Assembly (NCBI GenBank): GCA_003158475.1
Contig: PMJR01000078.1
Span: forward strand, 15,459-79,458
Length of the DNA stretch: 64,000 nucleotides
Origin: Ignavibacteriota bacterium
GTDB taxonomy: Bacteria > Bacteroidota > Ignavibacteria > UBA10030 > UBA6906
Reading direction: 5' to 3'
This document shows positions 43,246 through 51,488 of this stretch, piece after piece; position 1 is the first letter of the stretch; every line of letters begins with the position of its first letter. The notes beneath the pieces were generated by a model that had not been told where the DNA came from, searched no databases, and saw only the letters and a list, made by a program, of their open reading frames with translations. Position numbers and translations under genes: made by a program.

Positions 43246-44232
43246 TCAGGAATCCCTCAGCCACAACTTGTTGACGATCCGGAGAATCAACAGACGCACT
43301 GCGTACGGCAACCTCGAGATCCAGGGCCGGCGGACCTGCGGGACGTCACAACCGTCCCCGCAGGGAGCGTTGCCGGCCTGCCGGCATCGTTCGAGCTCTT
43401 CATACATCCAGGGCTCCGTCACATTCCCCAGGTGGTAGACGTAGCCCCGCGCGGGGGACAGACGCCAGAACCCGAGCCTGTCCGGCGGCAGGTCAAACCA
43501 GTTCTTGTCCGATTCCGGGGAGATCGCGCTCAGCGCGGGGACAGGAGGCACCCCGGCGAGGACTTCCCTCCGCATCGTAAACACAAAGTGTCTCCCCCCC
43601 ACGACCGCTGTTTCGCCGTCGCGCCTGAGGATCACCTGCATATTCCGGCGCTTCGCCTTAAAGAAATCCGGATTTCCGACGCTGTGCGCAAATGCATCCA
43701 GGTCCTCGTCCGGTACCACCTTGGCCCTTGTCAATTCCCCCTTCAGCATCCCCCCCAGAACCGTCGCCGAGGTGTAGCGGAGGGGATTGTTGGGGTTGGG
43801 AAACGGGCACGCAAAGCCGCACTCCGGAAACGTCCGAAACAGCCGCTCGATGGTCTCGATCCATCCCGGTTTGAACAACACATCGCAATCGGCGACCGTG
43901 ATCAACGGCTCAAAGGAGCCGCGCGCCACCGACACCGCCGCATCCACCTTCCCCCGGTTGGTCCCGTTGAGCAGAAGCTGGTCGATCCACCCCGACCTCC
44001 GCTGGCGCTCAAGCTCTTCGATGACTTCCGGCGCGCTGCCGTTTGAAACGATCGTCACACTCGCCTTTCCCCCCGCCGTCAGGCGCAGGGATTCGAGGCA
44101 GAGTTTCAGCACGTCGAGTGATCGCTCAAAATAGCCATCAGAATTGGGGATGAAGACGGGCATGATGATCCGGTGCCGCGCATACCCGCCGAGTTGATGA
44201 GATGTCTTTGACGGATTCTCTCCGGTACGCAT
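43246..44232 (-). CDS. GT-A fold (GT2-like) glycosyltransferase
   Basis: IIMPVFIPNSDGYFERSLDVLKLCLESL, TIVSNGSAPEV and a DxD-like ADCDVLF. The family call is weaker than for the other GT2 genes. Confidence 0.6.
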   Translation of the reverse strand: MRTGENPSKTSHQLGGYARHRIIMPVFIPNSDGYFERSLDVLKLCLESLRLTAGGKASVTIVSNGSAPEVIEELERQRRSGWIDQLLLNGTNRGKVDAAVSVARGSFEPLITVADCDVLFKPGWIETIERLFRTFPECGFACPFPNPNNPLRYTSATVLGGMLKGELTRAKVVPDEDLDAFAHSVGNPDFFKAKRRNMQVILRRDGETAVVGGRHFVFTMRREVLAGVPPVPALSAISPESDKNWFDLPPDRLGFWRLSPARGYVYHLGNVTEPWMYEELERCRQAGNAPCGDGCDVPQVRRPWISRLPYAVRLLILRIVNKLWLRDS

Positions 44233-44277
44233 ACTCTCGTGCTTTCTTCCGTGACCGCAATCCCCGCCGGGGAGACT

Positions 44278-45597
44278 CTATGCTCCCGGGGGCAGGGCCG
44301 GTGACTCGATATTTGCGGGGGGTGGCATGCATTCCATCGCACGCGATCCCACGAACCACTCATGAGGGATGAGGGCCGCTCCATGTTTCCGTATGAGTGG
44401 CTCGGCCCCCGTGCCGAAGTAGTCGGCGGTGACGACCTGCATCTCCGCGGCGCGCGGCACAAAGTCGGACATCCCCCCGCGGTAGGCGAGCCACAGGTCG
44501 ATCCCGTACACTTCAGCGGCCAGCGAGAGACTCTCGACTTTGCACACCATGAGCCCGTCGCTCTCCACCTTTCCCCGCGGGACCGGAGAACTGAACCGTG
44601 TCGAGAGCGTGGAGATCGGGTGCCCCATGACATCGGTGAACCGCATGTCCAGGACGAAGTCAAGGGGCTCCAGCCCCTTGAGCTTGGTCGTGTACCCGAC
44701 GCTGAAATAGACCGGATCGCCCGTCCCCACGCTTGTGACTTTTCTCCCCTGTGCGTCGAAGCATGCAAACGACTTCAAACGGATGACGCCGTCTCCCCGC
44801 CTGTCCGTCCGCAGCTCGAGGTCCTCTTCGCTCGATTGATGCTCCTTGACGTACATGCCGATGGCGTCACTGGTGTCGCCGAGGTACGCCACACGGCCCC
44901 CCTCCAGGACCACGGTTCTTGAGGCGAGTCGGGAAATGGCCGTCATGTCATGACTGACGAACAACACCGTCCGCCCCTGCTGCGCCACTTCCCCCATCTT
45001 GCCAAGGCATTTTCTCTGAAAGGCGGCATCACCGACAGCCAGCACCTCATCGATGAGCAGCACATCGGGTTCGAGGTGGGCGGCGACCGCAAACGCCAGA
45101 CGCAGGTACATCCCCGACGAGTAGTGTTTCACGGGAGTGTCAATGAATTTCTCGACCTCAGAGAACGCCACGATATCGTCGAACCTGCGCCCGATGTCCT
45201 TCCTTCTCATGCCGAGGATCGCAGCGTTCAGATAGATATTCTCCCTCCCCGTGAGCTCGGCGTGAAAGCCGGTCCCGACCTCGAGCAGGGAGCTGAGCCT
45301 GCCGCGGATCTCCGCGTACCCGGTCGTCGGTTCGGTGATCCTGGAGAGCACCTTGAGCAGCGTGCTCTTGCCCGCCCCGTTGCGGCCGATGATCCCGATG
45401 ACTTCTCCCTGACCGACCTCGAATGAAACGTCCTGGAGCGCCCAGATCGTCCCCGACTTCCGGCCGGACTTTGAGCGGCGGAACATGGATTTCGCGGCGT
45501 CGGTCAGCTTGTCGCGAAACGTCTGATATCCGGCCTGCTTCTCCCCGATCCGGAATTGCTTGGAGAGACCCACGACCCTGACGGCCTGCTCAGTCAT
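44278..45597 (-). CDS. wzt: ABC-2 glycan exporter ATP-binding protein Wzt/TagH-type with a C-terminal extension (putative Wzt_C carbohydrate-binding domain) of about 190 aa
   Basis: Walker A GIIGRNGAGKSTLL, signature YSSGMYLRLAFA and Walker B LLIDEVLAVGD. A beta-rich extension follows (GDGVIRLKSFACFDAQGRKVTSVGTGDPVYFSVGY...). ATG at 45595-45597 (MTEQAVRVVGLSKQF). The track extension to 45843 overlaps wzm and is rejected. Confidence 0.9.
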   Translation of the reverse strand: MTEQAVRVVGLSKQFRIGEKQAGYQTFRDKLTDAAKSMFRRSKSGRKSGTIWALQDVSFEVGQGEVIGIIGRNGAGKSTLLKVLSRITEPTTGYAEIRGRLSSLLEVGTGFHAELTGRENIYLNAAILGMRRKDIGRRFDDIVAFSEVEKFIDTPVKHYSSGMYLRLAFAVAAHLEPDVLLIDEVLAVGDAAFQRKCLGKMGEVAQQGRTVLFVSHDMTAISRLASRTVVLEGGRVAYLGDTSDAIGMYVKEHQSSEEDLELRTDRRGDGVIRLKSFACFDAQGRKVTSVGTGDPVYFSVGYTTKLKGLEPLDFVLDMRFTDVMGHPISTLSTRFSSPVPRGKVESDGLMVCKVESLSLAAEVYGIDLWLAYRGGMSDFVPRAAEMQVVTADYFGTGAEPLIRKHGAALIPHEWFVGSRAMECMPPPANIESPALPPGA

Positions 45598-45656
45598 GGG
45601 AGCTCCTCCCCGGCGCCGCGCATGGCGGGGCGGACGCGGCCACGACGGACACGCGG

Positions 45657-46514
45657 TTAGACAACATCGGCAAAATTCCTTTCCATCCTTTTGAAATAGT
45701 ATGCTCCGCTCACCATCATGATCACTGCGACGCCGGAGGAGGCCAGGATGATGGGTCCCGGCTGCGTGTGCGAGCCAAGCAGCGACCAGCGAAATCCTTC
45801 CACCACGCCGGCCATCGGGTTCAAACCATACAGCGTGCGCCACGGTTCAGGCAGCATGCTGCTCGGGTACGCGATGGGAGTGGCGTACATCCAGAACTGC
45901 GTCAGAAACGGGACGGCGAACCTTACGTCGCGGTATTCGACATTCAGCGCGGAAAGCCAGAAGCCGACGCCGAGAGAGGTCACCAGCGTCAGCAGGAAGA
46001 AGAAGGGAAGCCAGACCATGTTCATCGAGGGTGTCACCGCGTAGTACACCATCATGATCACCAGAATGGCCAGGGCGATCAGGAAGTCCACGATCCCCGC
46101 GAAGAGGCTTGCGATCGGTATGGTCAGGCGGGGGAAATAGACCTTCTTGATGAGATTCTGGCTCCCCACCAGGCTGTTCGATGACTGGGCCAGGCCGTAG
46201 ACGAAGAGGGTCCACGGGACGAGCCCGGTAAAACTGAATATCGGATACGGAATGCCGTCGGAGGGAATTTTTCCCAGGCGACCGAAGAATATGCTGAACA
46301 CGACCACAGTAAGCAACGGCTGTATGATCGCCCAGGTCGCTCCGAGGACGGTCTGCTTGTAGCGGATTTTGATATCCCGCCACGTCAGGAAATAGAGGAG
46401 TTCACGGTACTCCCAGAGCTCACCGAGCCGGAGGGACACCCATCCTTTTGAGGGTTCGATGCGCTGCACGCGGAGATCCTGAATGTCCGCGGATATCTGA
46501 GCCGAGTTCATCAT
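45657..46514 (-). CDS. wzm: ABC-2 type glycan exporter permease
   Basis: LWEYRELLYFLTWRDIKIRYKQTVLGATWAIIQPLL is the canonical Wzm/TagG N-terminal motif, followed by 6 TM helices. Confidence 0.9.
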   Translation of the reverse strand: MMNSAQISADIQDLRVQRIEPSKGWVSLRLGELWEYRELLYFLTWRDIKIRYKQTVLGATWAIIQPLLTVVVFSIFFGRLGKIPSDGIPYPIFSFTGLVPWTLFVYGLAQSSNSLVGSQNLIKKVYFPRLTIPIASLFAGIVDFLIALAILVIMMVYYAVTPSMNMVWLPFFFLLTLVTSLGVGFWLSALNVEYRDVRFAVPFLTQFWMYATPIAYPSSMLPEPWRTLYGLNPMAGVVEGFRWSLLGSHTQPGPIILASSGVAVIMMVSGAYYFKRMERNFADVV

Positions 46515-46533
46515 ACGTCTTCCCCGATTGAAT

Positions 46534-47274
46534 TCACCACGTTACCATTGCGCTGACCGGATCGATGCTGTCGAACATCGAAATTCGCCCGACCGGTCCG
46601 TCGGCCGCCAGCGCCCCCCTGTACCCCCGCGGGAGCGGGAGATCGAGGAGATGCCAGCGGCGCTCCTGCACCGACGGAGCCGAGGAAACATCGATGGCCC
46701 GCAGATCGAGTGAAATCCCTCCTCCAAGCGCCTTGACATAGGCCTCTTTTCTCGACCAGATCGAGTAGAACAAGTCTTCCATGACCGCGCCCGTACGCTC
46801 ATCAAGCATGCGCAGTTCGGCCGGACAGAAACATTTCCCGGCTATGGCCCGGACGTCCAGATCAGTCCTGATCCGTTCGATGTCCACCCCGACCTCCCGG
46901 CCGGCTGCAACGGCGACCAAGACGAGGTCACCGGAGTGCGACATATTGAACCGGATGGCCCCTGCCGAGTGCGGGCTTCTCAACGAGGGCTTGCCGGATC
47001 CCGGTGCATACATGAGACCGGCGGGGCGGGATCCCGTATACGACGCGAGGAGACGCCTCAATCCGCCGTGCGCCGACACGAAACGATCCTTATCGTCACG
47101 GGAGCGGAATGCGCGTCCCCGTGCCCGTTCGCCTGCGGAGAGCTCAGGCTCGTACTCCGCGAGAAGGGGGGCATCCACGAGCCCCGGCAATCGCCAGAGG
47201 TGCACTTCTCCCTCCCCGGGGAGCAGCGTTATCCCAACGGATGGGGAGGTCACAGGGCCCCCCTTCACTGTCAT
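46534..47274 (-). CDS. Sfp-type 4'-phosphopantetheinyl transferase
   Basis: DKDRFVSAHGGLRRLLASYTG, FNMSHSGDLVLVAVAAGREVGVDIERI and FYSIWSRKEAYVKALG (PPTase motifs 1-3). The track start at 47328 is a TTG inside the NRPS. ATG at 47272-47274 lies 4 nt after the NRPS stop, and ATG at 47295 is also possible. Confidence 0.85.
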   Translation of the reverse strand: MTVKGGPVTSPSVGITLLPGEGEVHLWRLPGLVDAPLLAEYEPELSAGERARGRAFRSRDDKDRFVSAHGGLRRLLASYTGSRPAGLMYAPGSGKPSLRSPHSAGAIRFNMSHSGDLVLVAVAAGREVGVDIERIRTDLDVRAIAGKCFCPAELRMLDERTGAVMEDLFYSIWSRKEAYVKALGGGISLDLRAIDVSSAPSVQERRWHLLDLPLPRGYRGALAADGPVGRISMFDSIDPVSAMVTW

Positions 47275-47278
47275 CTCT

Positions 47279-50200
47279 TCAGTCGGGATGCGCATGCCGT
47301 TCGAACGCGCGTTCAAGACATTCCGCAAGTTTTTGTGCGACGACAGAGACGTACGGCATCTGGAACATCGTCAGATGGTCCCCCGTGACGTCGTGTATTT
47401 CCACCCCTCCGAGGGCGAGTTTCCCCCATCCCTGTTCGCGATCGTGGAATTCGCCGACGGACCTTGTGCTCGCAGGGAAGAGCGTGATCCGCCCGGTGTA
47501 AGGCCGGGGGATATAGTTCCGTATCGCCACGATATTCAATTGTTCCACCTTCCGTAGCGCGGGGGGAAGCCGCAGCTTTTTGTTCGCGTACCTTTTGTAC
47601 TGCAGCCCCCAGACCTGCGTGCCGATCCTCCTCCTGAGCGTCCTGGACTTCCTGCGGATGTAGTCGAGCCGTCCAGGGTGGACCAGGAGATTCCGGACGT
47701 GATAGTGCATACGCTCCACCGAGCTTTCCCATTTGAACCGGGAAATTTCGCTCTTTGTCAATGTTCTGATGTGGCTGTGGGCGAATGTATCGAACATCGC
47801 CAGCATGCCGATCTTCTGGCCGGCCGCATGCAGCTGCTGCGCGATTTCATATGCCACGATGCCGCCCGTGCACGCGCCACCGAGGTAGTACGGTCCTTCG
47901 GGTTGGAACGCCCGTATCTCCCGAACGTAACGGGAAGCCATATCCTCCACGCGGTCCAGGGGGAATTCCTTGCCGTCCAACCCCACCGCCTGGAGACCGA
48001 ATACCGGTTGGTCGGGACCCAGCCGGGGAGCGAGCTCAGAGTACCCGATCACGTTTCCCCCTGCGGCGTGAACGCAGTAGAACGGGGGCCGGGATCCTCC
48101 GGGTTTGATCGCCACAAGAGACGACCATGATGAGGTCTTTTCTTCTCGGCGCAGAAGAGCCGATATGCCCTCGATCGTCGGTGCTTGAAAGAGAGTCGCC
48201 AGCGGGAGGTTCTTTCCGGTCAGTTTTTCAATCTGAGCGAAGAGCCTCGCCGCGAGCAGCGAGTGCCCCCCCAGCTCGAAGAAGTTATCGTGCACTCCGA
48301 TCGGCTTCTTTCCGAGGAGCGACTCCCAGAGATTCGCGAGCCGGATCTCGAGGGGATCCCGCGGGGCCACGTAACTACCGGCAGGTCGTCCGGGAGCCAC
48401 CGGGGGAGGAGGGAGGGCACCCCGGTCGATCTTGCCGTTCGGCATGATCGGTAACCGCTCCAGGAAGACGATGGCAGAAGGAAGCATATACCCCGGCAGT
48501 TTTTTCGCCCCATGTTCGACGAGATCTTCGACAGGAACTGATCCTCCCTTTGCACACACACAGTAGGCAACAAGCTGCTTCTCGCCGGACGGAGCGTCAC
48601 GGACCACCACGGCGACATCCTCCACTCCACGGTGCTCCCTGAGCACCGACTCGATTTCACCGGGCTCGACACGGTACCCCCGTATTTTCTCCTGCCTGTC
48701 CACCCGTCCCAGAAACTCGATGTTGCCGTCGGGACAGAAGCGAACGAGGTCTCCAGTCTTGTATAGTAAGGATCCTCCACGCGAATCGATGTGATTTCGG
48801 ACAAACCTCTCTGCCGTCAAACCGGGTTGGTTCAGGTACCCCTGTGCCAGCGTCGGCCCGCCGATGTGCAATTCTCCCGGGAACCCTGTCGGGGAAGGGG
48901 CGCCGTAGCGGTCAAGAACATACACGACGCGGTTGCGCAAAGGACGACCGATCGGGATTCTTGTCACGACCGCCAGCTTCTCATCGGGGAGTTCCCCGCA
49001 GTCATAGACCAGCGCGGTGACCGTTGTTTCTGTCGGGCCGTATGCGTTCAGGAGACGGACATGGCCAAACGAACTCCTCCTCCATCGCCTGAGCGCCTCC
49101 GGCATCATCGCCTCGCCGCCTATGATCATGAGCCTAAGAGAGTGATCCACCGGGGGATGATCGGAATCAGGAGGATCCATGGCAACCGCGTGCCAGTACC
49201 CTGTCGGAAGATTCACGACGGTCAGCCCCTGTGCAACGATCTGTTCCCACAGTTCCTTTGCACTCCAGAGTTCCTCACCACGGAGGACAAGGCGCGCGCC
49301 GCCGGTCAACGTCGTAAAGATCTGCTCGACGGAGGGATCGAAGCTCAGAGACGCGAATTGAAGGACCCTGTCACGGGGACCGATCCCGTACATCTCCCTG
49401 CACGCCGAGCAATGGCTCGCAATCGCCTGATGAGTAATGACCACCCCCTTCGGCTTTCCGGTCGAGCCGGAGGTGAACATTATGTAGGCCGGATGTGACC
49501 CCATGGACCTGTGTCGCGGATCAGTCCCGTCGCAGCGGTCGATTATCTCACGGTCGGTGTCACACAACACGCGCCGAACTCCGGAGCCATCCAGAATGTC
49601 GTCGAGCGGCGACTGGGTCACCACCAGTGGCATTCCCGTATCGGCAATCATCCCTCTCAGGCGTTCCCGCGGGTACCCCGGATCGAGGGGGACAAATGCT
49701 CCGCCGGCCTTGAGGATACCCAGCAGCGCGACGATCATTTCAACGGAGCGCTCCATGCACACCCCTACCGCCACCCCCGGTCCCACTCCAAGCGACATGA
49801 GATGGTGTGCCAGCCTGTTGGCTCTCAGATTCAGCTCACGATACACAAGTTGTTGTCCGCTCGAGGAAACCGCGACGGACTCCGGATGTTGCGCGGCCTG
49901 CTCTTCAAACCCCACGTCGATGCACTGATCGGGCCCGGTGCCTGGCGGGATGTTGTTCCACTCGACGAGCACCCTGTGCGATTCACCTGAAGTCATCAAC
50001 GGGAGTTCGGAGATCCGGCGGGAGGGATCCTTGACGATTCCTTCCAGCAGTACGTGAAATCGTTCGGCCATCCGACCAATTGCGGCCGGCTCAAAAAGGC
50101 CCGCATTATATTCGAATGACGCTCCCAGTCCCCCCGGCGAATCCGTCATCGTGAGCGTGAGATCGAATTTCGAGGTCCCATTGGAGATTTCAAGTCCCGC

Positions 50201-51454
50201 CACGGCGAGGCCGGGGAATTCAAGCGCGGACGTCGGCGCGTTCTGGAGCGCAAACATGACCTGTATGAGCGGGGATCGGCCAAGAACCCGTTCAGGATGG
50301 AATTCTTCAACAAGCCGCTCGAACGGGAGATCCTGGCTGGCAAACGCGCCGAGCGCGGTCTCCCGCACGCGCTGGAGGAGATCCAGGAACCGGGGGTCGC
50401 CGGAGAGGTCCGTGCGCAACACGAGAGTATTCACAAAGAACCCTATGACACTTTCCAGACCGGGACGGGCCCGGCCGGCCACAGGAGTCCCCAGGAGGAT
50501 ATCATCCTGACCTGTCATTCGATGCAGGAATACTCCAAAGGCAGCCGCCAACGTCATAAACAGGGTTACACCATTGCCGCGGCTCATTTGCCGCAGCTCT
50601 TCCGAGAGTGCCGCCGGGTATGCCACCCGCCAATCCCCGCCTCGACGGGGTTGTGCGTCACCCTGGAGGCGATCCCCCGGCAATTCCAGGACCCCTGCAT
50701 GTCCTGCCAGCCGGGACTTCCAGTAACCAAGCTGCCGCTCGAGCACCGTGTCGCTCAAATACCCGCGTTGCCAGACCGCGTAGTCTCCGTACTGGATCGG
50801 CGGCTCCGGAAGCGGCGACGGGAGCGACTGCACATACGCACCGTACAGCAATCGAAGTTCGTCGAGGAAAACCCCAACAGACCATCCGTCAAAGATGCTA
50901 TGATGGATGATTATGACGAGGATATGCTCATCCGGGTTCAGCCGGAGGAGATGGACCCTGAAGAGAGGCCCCCGCTCAAGGTCAAACGGCGTAGAGGCTT
51001 CACGGACGGTGAGTGCCATGGCACTCGCTTCCCGGTCAGGTTCGTCCGATCCCGGCATGTCCAGCGCCTGAAGCGCAAGAGGAACCAGCGGCGCGATGAT
51101 CTGCACCGGCCCATCATTCACTACTTCGAATGTGGTTCTAAGGACCTCATGGCGGCGCAGGATTTCGTTGAAGGAATGTTCCAGCGCAAGGATATCCAGC
51201 TTACCTATGCATCGGAAGGCCATGGGGATATTGTAACTGGCGCTCCCGGGGTCCAGGCGCTGGAGAAACCACAATCGTTGCTGAGCGAAGGAGAGGGGAA
51301 TCCGGTCATGGTGCAGCCGCCGCGGGATCTCCCGGTCCCCCGCAGGACCGGCAGCCCCCTCGGTCAGGATCCTGTCAAGGAGTGACTGTCTGGCCGGCGA
51401 TAGTTTTGAGCGGCGCGTTGCCGGGTCCTCGAATTCTTGCATCGATCCCTTCAT
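47279..51454 (-). CDS. NRPS module 3: C-A-T-TE, with GxCxG (Cys) thioesterase
   Basis: C: LSFAQQRLWFLQRLDPGS, HHSIFDGWS. A: YIMFTSGSTGKPKGV, NAYGPTE, YKTGDL, GRVDRQEKIRGYRVEPGEIE, NGKIDR. By-eye Stachelhaus code DPENIGAVTK. T: FFELGGHSLLA. TE: PFYCVHAAGGN, YYLGGACTGG (Cys codon TGC at 47870-47872), FDT and GDH. Start uncertain: ATG at 51454 or 51442 after the upstream stop, or ATG at 51517 with a 29-nt overlap. Confidence 0.93.
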   Translation of the reverse strand: MKGSMQEFEDPATRRSKLSPARQSLLDRILTEGAAGPAGDREIPRRLHHDRIPLSFAQQRLWFLQRLDPGSASYNIPMAFRCIGKLDILALEHSFNEILRRHEVLRTTFEVVNDGPVQIIAPLVPLALQALDMPGSDEPDREASAMALTVREASTPFDLERGPLFRVHLLRLNPDEHILVIIIHHSIFDGWSVGVFLDELRLLYGAYVQSLPSPLPEPPIQYGDYAVWQRGYLSDTVLERQLGYWKSRLAGHAGVLELPGDRLQGDAQPRRGGDWRVAYPAALSEELRQMSRGNGVTLFMTLAAAFGVFLHRMTGQDDILLGTPVAGRARPGLESVIGFFVNTLVLRTDLSGDPRFLDLLQRVRETALGAFASQDLPFERLVEEFHPERVLGRSPLIQVMFALQNAPTSALEFPGLAVAGLEISNGTSKFDLTLTMTDSPGGLGASFEYNAGLFEPAAIGRMAERFHVLLEGIVKDPSRRISELPLMTSGESHRVLVEWNNIPPGTGPDQCIDVGFEEQAAQHPESVAVSSSGQQLVYRELNLRANRLAHHLMSLGVGPGVAVGVCMERSVEMIVALLGILKAGGAFVPLDPGYPRERLRGMIADTGMPLVVTQSPLDDILDGSGVRRVLCDTDREIIDRCDGTDPRHRSMGSHPAYIMFTSGSTGKPKGVVITHQAIASHCSACREMYGIGPRDRVLQFASLSFDPSVEQIFTTLTGGARLVLRGEELWSAKELWEQIVAQGLTVVNLPTGYWHAVAMDPPDSDHPPVDHSLRLMIIGGEAMMPEALRRWRRSSFGHVRLLNAYGPTETTVTALVYDCGELPDEKLAVVTRIPIGRPLRNRVVYVLDRYGAPSPTGFPGELHIGGPTLAQGYLNQPGLTAERFVRNHIDSRGGSLLYKTGDLVRFCPDGNIEFLGRVDRQEKIRGYRVEPGEIESVLREHRGVEDVAVVVRDAPSGEKQLVAYCVCAKGGSVPVEDLVEHGAKKLPGYMLPSAIVFLERLPIMPNGKIDRGALPPPPVAPGRPAGSYVAPRDPLEIRLANLWESLLGKKPIGVHDNFFELGGHSLLAARLFAQIEKLTGKNLPLATLFQAPTIEGISALLRREEKTSSWSSLVAIKPGGSRPPFYCVHAAGGNVIGYSELAPRLGPDQPVFGLQAVGLDGKEFPLDRVEDMASRYVREIRAFQPEGPYYLGGACTGGIVAYEIAQQLHAAGQKIGMLAMFDTFAHSHIRTLTKSEISRFKWESSVERMHYHVRNLLVHPGRLDYIRRKSRTLRRRIGTQVWGLQYKRYANKKLRLPPALRKVEQLNIVAIRNYIPRPYTGRITLFPASTRSVGEFHDREQGWGKLALGGVEIHDVTGDHLTMFQMPYVSVVAQKLAECLERAFERHAHPD

Positions 51455-51488
51455 CAGTGACACTCGGCTTTCACCGCAGGCCTCACCA

